Origin: Antedon mediterranea
Lineage: Eukaryota > Animalia > Echinodermata
Length of the DNA: 64,000 nucleotides
Assembly: GCF_964355755.1 (NCBI RefSeq)
Contig: NC_092672.1
Location: 33,548,437-33,612,436, forward strand
Direction of reading: 5' to 3'
The position numbers and the translations under genes were made by a program. Shown one piece after another: positions 53,401 to 62,362 of this stretch; the first letter of the stretch is position 1; every line of letters begins with the position of its first letter. The notes below the pieces were generated by a model that ran no database searches, was not told the origin of the DNA, and saw only the letters and a list, made by a program, of their open reading frames with translations.

Positions 53401-55733
53401 TCGAACCTAGGTCTGACGATCGGTAGTCCAACGTCCAACACACTGCGCCACACTATATCATATACTATGATTCATCGGTTGTGATTGGTCAGATTACTTG
53501 CGTTGCGCTTATGCCCACGTTTTCAACCAAGCTAAATAACCTACAGATGTAAATTCGTCTACAGTATTTTTGATTATCTTTTCATCAGTGAAACGTATTT
53601 ACGTAAGCGCGCCGTAGTGAATTTACCAATCACAAGCGAAACTTCGAATGATTATATAATATATATAATAATACCACATTTATATAGCGCCCTTTTCATG
53701 AGTAATCATGCTCAAAGGCGCTTTACAAGCATTATTACCCCAGTATTTTTTGGGGGATCAAACACGTATGGAAACATACTCCCATAATGCAGCCGGTAAC
53801 CAGCGCAAAGTTGTGTCTAGATCTAACTGGGTACCCATTTATACACCTGGGTGGAGAGAGGCAACGTAAGTAAAGTATCTTGCCTACGGATACAAGCAAT
53901 GCAGCGAGAGTTGGATTCGAACCTAGGTCTGACGATCGGTAGTCCAACGTCCAACACACTGCGCCACACGCCCTATAATATGATTCATCGGTTGTGATTG
54001 GTCAGATTACTTGCGTTGCGCTTATGCCCACGTTTTCAACCAAGCTAAATAACCTACAGATGTAAATTCGTCTACAGTATTTTTGATTATCTTTTCATCT
54101 TTAAGGCGCAATGACGTTTGTGGTAATACCAGAGCTTTGGACTCAAGGCCCCAGACCTGCTGCAATGGCGTTTGCAGGACAATTTAACTGGTGGTCAAAC
54201 TTCACTGTTGGACTTGCATTTCCATTTATGCTGGTAAAATATCTGAACTTGTAACAGTATATTACTTATTTTCAAACATAATCCGAACACAACTAAACAA
54301 AAATGTAAAGCTCTGTCCACACTTAGCTATGAAACTAGTTTGACAAAAAAAGTGTGATGTACCCAAATATGGTAGTGATATACCCAAATATAGTAGTGAT
54401 ATACCCAAATATGTAGTGATATGTCCATATATAGGCATATCACATCTTTTGTTTGATAATGTAGAAAGAACTTAAGACGCGCACGAACCTTCTTTCTTCG
54501 ATTACATAATGCCTATGTCACTATTCCATGCTTTTAACCATTAACATGCACGGTACATCTTTCGGTTCGTCGATGTTATCTCTTCGGATAATTATATTAT
54601 TTGTAATAGCGCACGTACATCCGTTTTATTACACTGTTCAGCTGCTTTAGTAACTTATCATAATATCCAATAAAGTACTGATGAGCTTAAAAGGCCTAGC
54701 CTGGGAATAGATCTAATTATCTTCCAACAATAATGTGGTTGATTGCATGCATTGTTATGGTCAGTCGTAATCACAGAACCAGGAACAACAATTACCCCGA
54801 ACAAACAATGTACTCAATTAATAGTAATAAATAACAATGCCAGTCTATATATATATCCAAATATTATTTCTTATTAGTGTAAACAATATCTTAACACGCT
54901 ATATAACATTTTAATTGCGATATTCTTCTTTATATTTTCTACAAAATGATACATAATTGACAAATAGTTTAATAAGGTAACTAACAAAATGAATACAAAA
55001 TATATTTTATGACAATTATATGTAGCGTATAATTCTAGCCAACATGATATATTCGCCAGTGACGCCACTCATGCATACACCACATTTTCCGTACTGTATC
55101 ATAGGCAAACTACGTGATACAGAGTCACGTGTGTTTCATACGCAACGCCTGTATCATTTACCCTAACCTATATGATACAGGCAACATATGATACACAATG
55201 AGATGAGACTGAACACCTTGTCATAATGCGGCAATAAGAATCGGGTGTGATCTGGGCTATGTTTTTGTCCAATTAACGTTCGTCCTTCCCGACAATATGC
55301 GTCACTTGTAGATTTACACCCGATTTCCTAGTTTCGTAGGTAAATTTCGTAATACATCATCACATGTGTTTCACACGTGTTTCAAAGTACCATTAGATAA
55401 TAAGAACATAACTTTAACCTAACCTTACAGGCACCACGAGTTACTGTATTACAGCATTTTCCTACTGGGGAAATATTGCATGTGGACACACTTTTATCAA
55501 GTAGGATTTTCAACATGACTTACCTCGAAATACAATTTTTTTTTTTGCAGGAGGGATTAGGTGGATACTCATTCCTAGTCTTCACTCTGTTTTTATTTCT
55601 GACAGTGGTGTTCGTTTACTTCATCGTACCCGAAACCAAAAACAAAACCTTTACCGAAATTGTAACTAGTTTTCAACAAAACCGATTCACGTCATCGAAA
55701 AAAATCGATTATATTGAAATTGGTAATCGATAA
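31257..55733 (+). CDS. SLC2A: SLC2A/GLUT-family facilitated sugar transporter, tandem copy D (~522 aa; introns expanded by TEs)
   Basis: Exons: 31257-31307 (tentative first coding exon), 31980-32084, 32841-33001, 33107-33231, 34787-34902, 35126-35282, 35801-35857, 36618-36820, 39898-40008, 42354-42455, 52061-52130, 54106-54233, 55551-55733 (TAA). Motifs [44 protein letters not shown]. Confidence 0.92.
33683..34237. mobile_element. TTAA-flanked MITE (Kolobok-like family)
   Basis: TTAA|AGATGTATTGTCCC...GGGACAATACATCT|TTAA: TIR with TTAA duplication and AG...CT termini. Confidence 0.85.
34571..34642 (+). tRNA. tRNA-like cloverleaf, anticodon ATC (Asp-like); probably pseudo-tRNA or repeat-borne
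   Basis: Acceptor GCCCCAG/TTGGGGC, D arm with TGG, anticodon stem CTGC/GCAG around loop ATATCAA, perfect T arm CCGAG-TTCGAGT-CTCGG, T5 run 2 nt downstream. Confidence 0.55.
35427..35497. repeat. (TA)n microsatellite
   Basis: ~35 TA units; shorter (TA)n runs at ~8618-8645 and 13658-13677. Confidence 0.95.
36265..36582 (+). mobile_element. CORE-like SINE copy interrupted by a 67-bp hairpin insertion
   Basis: Same family as the 53 kb SINEs; insertion 36304-36370 has 19-bp TIR CATGGACCTATAAATTAGA / TCTAATTTATAGGTCCATG. Confidence 0.75.
37663..37920. repeat. Perfect 28-bp minisatellite, ~9 copies
   Basis: Unit TAATATAAGTATATTATACAGTAATATG. Confidence 0.95.
38102..39740. mobile_element. Non-autonomous TIR element (GGG...CCC, Harbinger-like) with nested foldback element ~38589-39206
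   Basis: GGGTCTGTTTCTGCTGCATA / TATGCAGCAGAAACAGGCCC; internal ~190-bp imperfect inverted arms. Confidence 0.65.
42922..43327. mobile_element. MITE with ~60-bp TIRs
   Basis: CACACTAGAGCTTTCGGCTGAGCCAACTGGCACGAGTAACACTTGGCTCAC and its exact reverse complement at ~43265-43315. Confidence 0.8.
46624..46759 (-). repeat. 3' LTR of the Gypsy element
   Basis: 136 bp, identical to 51088-51223; PPT adjacent at 46760-46772. Confidence 0.95.
46890..46985. repeat. 3 x 32-bp tandem repeat in the Gypsy 3' UTR
   Basis: AAATTGTTTCTTAGATCACATTCATATGTTTC repeated three times. Confidence 0.9.
47062..51057 (-). CDS. Gag-Pol polyprotein (gag with two CCHC knuckles, aspartic protease, RT, RNase H, integrase), 1331 aa
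   Basis: [13 protein letters not shown] and [14 protein letters not shown] knuckles; protease LDTGA; RT motifs [21 protein letters not shown]; RNase H CDAS...YSQIEKE...TDHKPL; integrase H-H-C-C zinc finger and D,D,E core (ADIF, TDN, NGQVER). Domain order PR-RT-RH-IN is the Ty3/Gypsy order. Confidence 0.97.
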   Translation of the reverse strand: MESLKFKPPPPFDFDGPSVSAAWKRWKQRFTFFLKATGSARKSGEIKVAILITTLEGRGLDIYNNFTFTDLVGEPGQEDYVPAEDNNNFDTVMSKYDEYCNKRDPIMALRAQYWQYERPEGQGLDEFVNDLRTMAVNCKFVDQDGTIRDKLFFSVTNPVMKMKVMGDDGNATLDTVIHRMRTFESSRRELEMAGVASDYKPKVHALRRTKSHKQTPRVSGQQNHQFTDAAKIKCSRCGSSHLPRQCPAYGKTCYGCKGLNHFQSVCTKRFSRGRGRGRGRAVHTMDEQYIIAEGVSDPNDLYIDTLTVKDKNEYFYIDTLRDNDDKNAWFYDVFVGGNVLKMKLDTGAGVNCIPLETFRKLPGHKNIKVYHSKTNLYSYSDEIVKHIGKVTLNVKVDNIQNDYDFFITNVDGPPILGLKACRELGLIKRGNNMMCSDNVINNKYVHALTKDSLIRENRDVFTGLGKYQDPYDIKLKSGVSPVVHPPRRVPLSLHTKLKEKLDDMEKRGVIKRTDKPTDWVNSLVIVEKRDGSLRLCLDPRDLNKAIRREHHMIPTGKDVVSQLSGKTLFTVFDQKDAYWQVPLTDASADICTFNTPFGRYSFLRMPFGICSASEVLQKRNQQIFGHIPNVHIISDDMIIATGSEAEHNATVQRVMDTARANNAKFNGSKLKYKQSELVFMGNVVSADGQKPDEEKVRVIKEMPDPQCKSDLQRIMGMLNYLSQFIPNMSNVSAPLRELLKKDVAWFWGPEQAESLRQLKALISSKPVLSFFDPQKPTIIQCDASSTGLGSCLLQEGHPVAFASRSLTSAEVNYSQIEKEMLAICFSIHKYHQYVYGRAVEVHTDHKPLETITRKPLHKASPRIQQMLLKLIKYELDVKYVPGKYMYIADALSRAYPDKVDRDAQPLEQLKYRVHSLDEILPMSKAKIEEAIRATQADVVLQTLILTCKSGWPKHRWGAPEQVRQYWHLRDEIHEIDGLVFLGEKLIVPSQMRADMLNKIHESHLGMEKCKARARSILYWPGMTNDIESVVSRCPVCVKFMRRNQREPIIPHKVPMRPWAKLGADIFTFAGRDHLIVVDYFSKYPEVVTLTSKTAGEIIKKLKSIFSRHGIPEILMTDNMPFASYEFKQFANQWGFDLVTSSPTYARSNGQVERFVQTIKQLMRKSVDEGSDFHLALLDYRDSPIAGLNCSPAQLLMSRKLRSTLPVTHTLLQPQVIVGARDFLQSRQQSMTKYYDRGTRVLTKLRKGDNVRILKGRQWEPAVVAKEHELPRSYVVMTEDGTSYRRNRQHLLNTQQPDTLQKGVPTLQKVPEAPPLRRSDRVSRPPDRLDYK
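51070..51087 (-). promoter_or_regulatory. Primer binding site, probably tRNA-Leu
   Basis: Minus strand TGGTGTCAGAA(TA)GTGG is complementary to a ...CCACTTCTGACACCA 3' end, typical of tRNA-Leu(CAA) (from recall). Confidence 0.7.
51088..51223 (-). repeat. 5' LTR of the Gypsy element
   Basis: 136 bp, identical to 46624-46759; followed on the minus strand by the PBS at ~51070-51087. Confidence 0.95.
53140..53452 (-). mobile_element. tRNA-derived CORE-like SINE with L2-type tail (copy 1 of tandem duplication)
   Basis: Minus strand TGGCGCAGTG (A box), GGTTCGAATCC (B box), GCCTCTCTCCACCCAGGTGTATAAATGGGTACC core, tail AAGCGCC...GGCGCTATATAAAT. Confidence 0.8.
53655..53972 (-). mobile_element. Same SINE, copy 2 of tandem duplication
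   Basis: Near identical to 53140-53452. Confidence 0.8.
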
Positions 55734-58451
55734 TGGAGGTGGTAGAATGGAAAATTAACAAAGATATAAGAACAATATACTTATTATTATTAATGAATAT
55801 CAATAGAATAGTTTTTAAACATAAAATATAGTAAACATAGTGTTTTATAACACACCTGATTGTATTATTTCACTTTGATTGGTCAATTACGCATCACGTA
55901 ATATGATATTAACCCTATCCAATGAAAAAGTGATATCTAATAGGGATAATTAACGCGCTCTAATGCACGTTTAACATTCTGTAAACATTTTTAGCATTTT
56001 TGCCACGCAACGTTTTTTGTCAGATCGCGTTCGGTAATCAACTTGTTGTGCGCGACGTCTAAACGGTTCTACCTCGGGCCGCGTCTAAAGTTCGAGCACT
56101 GTCTTTTGTATGGGTTGATTCCCGGACTAGCAACTCGATGGACTTGAATGAAAGTAGGTGTGTTATAAAACAAATAATGACTGTTTTGTATTCCTTCAAT
56201 GGAGAGAATATTTCATTCGATGAACCATATTGACTGCTCTATTTGTCAGTTGTTCAACTCGTAAAATATTCTCACCATCCAACTCATAAACATTCATTAA
56301 TTGTATAATACAAGTATAGATAATTTATGATAAGTCGAGGATTTCTCTCGTGAAGGTTATTTGACTCATAATAAAACAAAACAGAATTGAACATTGTGAG
56401 GAAATACTTCTTAAAGTCCAGGTTTTCTTCGCACATACACACAAGCTTTATTCTTTTTCATTGCCTTTCTTTGTGTTTAGTCTTTTTGAAGGCGCATTTA
56501 ATGCTTGTATTATGTCCTCTCATATTTATACACAACTTGTAACTATTAATCATACGTGATTGTAATTTAAGTAGGTCTAAATTGTATCATTCATTATAAT
56601 TTATTTGTATAGTAAACTAAACATTGTGAACGTATCCTATCTTATACTTTAATTTTAAATACCAATTTTATGATAATTCTTTCATTTAAATGTTTTATTT
56701 TCCTTTTATTTTTGTTAAATTCCTTAAAAGTAAGTGACCTGCTACAAATAAGAAATGCGTGTTATTTTTTCCTAAATGTAGAAAATCAAATTGTTGATAA
56801 CGCATGATGAGGTGTATGCACGTACAAAATGTGTGTGCGCGTACAAAATGTGTATGCGCGCGTCCAAAACGTTTATATGCGTACATCATACCAAAGAACT
56901 TATAACACAAGAATCTCCTGTTCTTCAATTTGCATTCAAAACATAGTATCGGAAGTACAGGGTTAAAAGGTCAAACTGGGCGACGCCATTTCACAGCATG
57001 GAGCAGCGCCCCCTCCAAACTAGGAAGTCAATTACTCTACCCCCCTAGAGTATTAGCAGATCCCCTCTATGATTTTGACTTTCTAATTTGATGCGGGCGC
57101 CCTACTCCATGGCTCACAATGGCGCCACCCATTAGCTCTATTCTTTCCCACAATGCTTTTCGAAATTTTTAAGCGCTTCGGACGATCATACTTATAAACA
57201 TCCATTACTTGTATGTTGTTTGAAGATTTGCATGGCGAAATCAAATGAAAAAAAAACAGTTCTCAAAAACCAGATATAACCACAAACTTTATATCAATAT
57301 TTTTATAATGTTGTAGGTTCAATAACATGTTTGTCTGCGATGATGATGAAAGCATTGATCTTGCAGAGATTTGCGTATTGATGTCGAAGGGAATACAATT
57401 TATCTTTTGTAGTAGAAGGATTAAGGACTTAATTTTATTAGCAATAATATTTATTTCTTAATTCTAAAATTTCGAATTCTTCTTGGAAAATGTTTGAAAT
57501 GTATATTGGATTGAATGTTGAATAATAAATAAATCATCTAGGATTTATATTTTTAGATTAGACTTTTAGATTTTTATAATGTTTAATTATAGTTTACATT
57601 CAGACGTTAGATGTCTGCTTGTTGGCTTGGTGTTGGTTGAAATTGTGCATTTCTTCGAATTAAGTAGCAGTTCGGTTCATCTCAGCAAGTTTTAGGGGCC
57701 TACTAAATCTGTCCACTTGGATCAAGTGTTGCCTTCTTGTATTAGTGTTTTAACCACATCATTTGTTAACCTGGACGGCAGTGGCACGTCTTTAAATTAA
57801 GTCAATGCCTTTTCCCCTGGCCTTTTCTCTGTGTATATGGTACGTTATTTTTTAGAATACAAATAATAAAGCTTGGTTCTCCTACATACGCAACATAAGG
57901 ACGTAACGCAACGTAAGTGATTTAACCAATCATAATCAATGAAGATTTTATAAGAACGATTTCAGTGACAGTTCACAGAATTTAATTACCATGTTTTATA
58001 TTTATATTTTAATTAACATCTTCTTTAAAATTGTAAATGAAAGCATATGGTTTTATATTGAAATCAATCATCTTTTTATGTAAATATGCCAGCATTTTAA
58101 CTACTTTTAACACTGTAAAAATCGTAGTAATATACAATAGAAAGAGAAATATTCATGCAAATAATAATTGTTACAAATGTATACCTTTATTTTTATATAT
58201 AATATATATATACATATAAAACAGAGAATTATAATAAAAGTGGGACGACAACCCACAAGACAAAAAAAAAGCAATGAAATATTTAAACTGTCGCTTGTCA
58301 TTGGTCAACTCGCTTACGTTGCGTTACGTCCTTGTGTTGCGTCTCTAGTGGAAACCAAGCTTTAATGAATGAAACTATGAAATGCTATACCATAGAGTGC
58401 TTTAATGAATATTTAAGTTTCCACCCCTTTGCTCCATAAAATAAACTTTAC

Positions 58452-59013
58452 TTAAAGATGTATTGTCCCTTGAAACACACAAAAAATGAAGGTCAAAATA
58501 TACTAAATTTTAATTGGCCATATTAAAGTAATATTAAAGTTATTCACTTTAAGTCGAAAATTCGAGCCAAAAACAACAATTTTACGTAATTAACAGCTAT
58601 ATTAATTTTATTACATTTCGTCTGGAAAATAGTCGCGAGCGAAAGTAAACAAAGATTTCAAACCATGAGTATACATTATGCATGATGCTAATTAGGATTG
58701 TTTACAACTCGTCACGGTTGAGAAGGTGTTTTCACAAAGATGATCGAGAGGAAGTTTTATGATTATGCATACAGAGTAGCCAAATAAGCGCATTGCATTT
58801 AATAACATATGTTTTGATCGAAAACTTTGACTTGGAAGTCAAAGTTATTGTTTGAACCAAAAAACGTCTGTATTTCAGTTGAGTAATTTTTTTTTCGACT
58901 AATTTTTAGTGAAAGTTAATAACTATTATGATACTTCATAATGATCCACTTTTTTTCGCAATCTTTTTATATTTAGTTTTTTGGAATTTGACAAAGGGAC
59001 AATACATCTTTAA
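58452..59013. mobile_element. TTAA-flanked MITE (Kolobok-like family)
   Basis: TTAA|AGATGTATTGTCCC...GGGACAATACATCT|TTAA; interior is the reverse complement of the 33.7 kb copy. Confidence 0.85.
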
Positions 59014-59107
59014 GTTCCCCTTTTTAAATATATTCTTAAATTCCTATTGGAGTAAAACTTTCTTATCGTAGTCGATTAAGGTATAAATGCGAACATTGCT
59101 TTCATAC

Positions 59108-59434
59108 ACCTAGGACGATAACGATCGACGATAAATAGATAAAAATGCATTTTTCATACATAAAACAAAGGAAATCTAAACAATTTTTATCTTTGAATTA
59201 TAGGAGAACCATGCTGCCTTTGATGAAAATTACATTTTTATTTTCACATGTCTAATAAAATGACGTCATGATCAGTAAAAGCAATGGTATCGTGGCAATA
59301 CAACGATGTTATTGTTATTAGTGAACATGACGTCATTTGATCTTAAAAATATTATTTTCATCAATGACAACACTTTTCCAATTTATTTTGTTTTATGTTT
59401 ATCTATTTATCGTCGATCGTTATCGTCCTAGTGT
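59108..59434. mobile_element. MITE with ~35-bp TIRs
   Basis: CTAGGACGATAACGATCGACGATAAATAGATAAA / TTTATCTATTTATCGTCGATCGTTATCGTCCTAG; partial copy near 37455. Confidence 0.7.
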
Positions 59435-60061
59435 AAATTGGCTTATTGAAGCTATTGTGAGACCTTTGCTTATGGAACTCATGTTTTATCATCAGTAATT
59501 GCACCAAAGAAAGATTATTAGATTTTGAACAGTCAGATTAAGAAAATCTGTTTAGCCGCCGTCTGGTGATTTATAACGTAATGTAATTATACTGTAATCA
59601 TTTATGTTATACATTTTTTATTTATATAGACATGTTTGTTTAGTGTGATTCTAAAGCTTGGCGACGCAACGTAACGCAATCTACGCAACGTAAGCAAATA
59701 CCCTTCTAACAATTGTGTTTTCCTCCGCCTCCGTGAAATAAAACCTGCGATGTCGTCGGTTTTTCCCACTTGTGATTACACAATACAACACTTTGCGTCA
59801 ATACTTGAGTGAAACTGTACACATGCACCAGTCAAACACTACCTAACTCAACCTCTAAGTATGCTTTCACATCGCGCCCGGATTCGGTCCAGCGCTCTGA
59901 GAAAAGCGAGCGTTGAGCGTGGTTTCACACCGAGCACGAATTCGGTTATCCGATGTCACGTACGCTATTCATGCTCAGTGTTGATTGTTTAAAAGAAAAA
60001 CAAATAGTACGATTTCGGGAAACAAATGGCTGAACATTAAAGAAATAACTGTACTGTAACT

Positions 60062-61005
60062 GTAAATCCTGAATAATTGTTACCCAACAAACATTTTACT
60101 GAAAAAATAGGAATAATTGAAGATCAGTTTTGTAACTTCTGTAGGCCTAATGCACAATTGATAGATAATATAGAACATTATTTATATCTGTGTCCCAGAG
60201 TCTCCTGTTTATGGGATGAACTGAGACGAAATATAATGATAAATATAGAGTTAGAACATTGTCATGTTTGGATTTTACGCACAAAGAATGAATTGTAAAT
60301 AAATAAATACAATTATTTTTATTTCTAAATTCTCAATATGTAAATTTAAACACAGTAACCATAAAAACAATCTTATTAATGTCTTTCATAATGAACTAAT
60401 CACAAGGAATGTGCAATATTTGTACTAAGATTGGGAACATACTATACGACATTTTATGTAGTTAAATATTTTATGGTTCATCATATATCTTGGACTCACT
60501 AACATTTCATGCAACATTCGCTATGTTTCAAGTAAATTTTATGTAACAATAAGGCAAAAGAAACTCTGTTGAAAAGTGGATTTATTTAAAATAAAAACCA
60601 ATGTTAAATGAAAATATTTTTTTATTCAAAATAAAAAGCAATGTTAATATTTTGTTATTGTTGAAAAAAATGCTAAGAGAATGAGAAAGGGTTAGAATAG
60701 ATTATATGTATACAAAAAAGAAATCAGTACTAGTAGAAATTATATAAGAACAGGTTACGAAATGAATACAACTAATTGTTCTAATCAGAAGAAAAAACAA
60801 ACATTGTTAATTGAATATTAGATGTTAAGTAGGATGTTGAAAATAACACGTGTTAATAGAAAAAAAAAAGTAAAACTACTGAGGAAACGGAAATGTATTA
60901 TATATTATATGAAATGAGTGTAGAACCTATATACAACAATTGTAATATATTTATGAAAGATTGAATGATGAATAAAGGTTGTGGCTACCACAAAAGATAA
61001 AAAAA
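60062..61005 (+). mobile_element. 5'-truncated L1/Tx1-clade LINE (ORF2 C-terminal zinc-finger remnant plus 3' UTR)
   Basis: Peptide KIGIIEDQFCNFC...DNIEHYLYLCPRVSCLW (CxxC...HxxxxC, zf-RVT-like); AATAAA at 60971; A-rich tail; 15-bp TSD AACTGTACTGTAACT (60047-60061, 61006-61020). Confidence 0.85.
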
Positions 61006-61552
61006 AACTGTACTGTAACTTTAAAAGATGTAGAAAAAACGTAATATTTATGTAATAAATCATTTACAATTTCTATACAAATTAAAGGTCTACTTAATCT
61101 TTAAGTTGTTTTTATTCTCAGCACGTCAAAACAACAACATATACTAATACTTATTAATACTTTAACACACGCTACAAAACATTGACTTTTTTTTATTCTA
61201 AAAATAAATCATCTTTACGATCAATGACAGATTTATGGCTAAGCAAAACCAGGACAATTGAGGGGTAAAAACATGTTTTGTTCAGGCAGTTCTCCCCTTG
61301 TACATGTTGCACATTTTATTGATAACTATAACGTGCTGTTCTAAAAACGTTATGCCCCAAATACTTTAAAATTGTCAAAAATGTACGTACTGTATTCCGG
61401 TGTTACATTTCGCTTATAAAGCGTTCCACGTTTTGTTCACATTATTAAGAGAGAGGGATTTGGAAGATGGAAACATGATTACGCATGCGTATAAGCTGAC
61501 GCGTTCGATTCGTGCGAACAAATTCGCCTAGTGGAAAATCGGCTTTATATAA

Positions 61553-62362
61553 AACAAGGCCAACAGCCATTAAGTCGCGTGCTACAATGCATAGTGATAC
61601 CGGACCAACAGACAGACCGACAGACCGACAGACCGACAGACAGACCGACAGACAGACAGACCGACCGACCGACATAGTGAACTATACTGACCGAAATTAC
61701 AGAACATGTTTAAAAATGTTGAAATGTTTAAAAACATTTATATTTTTTTAATTTACACGTGCGTAGCCTGTCACTTTTGACGTGCTCGTATAACGTAATT
61801 TCGAGTTGAAAAGTAAGTCAAGAAAACAAAAATCGGGAAAAAAGAGTGCGCAATAACATTGCGCAGTGCGCGCGCAAAAATATGCGCACTCATGGCAATT
61901 TTGTAAACGCTTAAAATTGCCTGAAACGTACTCTTATTTCATCGAAAATAAATTTTGAAAATTTTAAGCGCGCGTACGCATGCGTTACATGCGCTACGCA
62001 CGTAATTGTATTGCCATATGATGATTTATGCCCTGAAATTTATGAGCACCAAATTTTATTTAATTGTGATTCATGGTTGTGAAGATATGATTACAAACGT
62101 GATTTCGTTAAATCATGCGTAGACCGCGTAATTTTTTATTGCGCACCGTAAAAACATAACCACATTGATTCCTGGCCATAAGGAATATACTGTGAAAAAT
62201 TGACCTAGCTAGATTAAACTGATATCAAGATAAGGTCAGAAAGTGATAAAACGCATAGTGATACCGGACCGACAGACCGACAGACAGACAGACAGACCGA
62301 CAGACAGACCGACCAACCGACCGACATAGTGAACTATAGAGTCGCTTCCACGCGACTAAAAA
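61553..62362 (-). mobile_element. Helentron-associated (DINE-1/HINE-like) non-autonomous element
   Basis: Minus strand starts TTTTTAGTCGCGT, has (GTCY)n microsatellites, subterminal inverted ACGCGACT, then a short hairpin and CTTGT-TT end. Another copy's end (AACAAGGCCAACAGC) starts at the window edge, 63986-64000. Confidence 0.75.

Larger units (their letters stand above)
53077..54099. repeat. Tandem direct duplication of ~510 bp (53077-53586 / 53587-54099)
   Basis: Both units start AGTGAAACGTATTTACGTAAGCGC and end TTTTGATTATCTTTTCATC. Confidence 0.92.

Noticed and set aside
53219-53959. Two identical-looking 74-aa ORFs ([10 protein letters not shown]...)
   Set aside because: Chance frames within a duplicated tRNA-derived SINE.
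56953-57860. Possible TIR element downstream of copy D (also 55830-56310 and the copy A intron insert ~6213-6890)
   Set aside because: Looks repeat-derived, but termini and TSDs could not be defined reliably by eye.
61445-61751. ORFs with TDRQ/SVCL repeats
   Set aside because: Translation of the (GACR)n microsatellite of the Helentron-type element.
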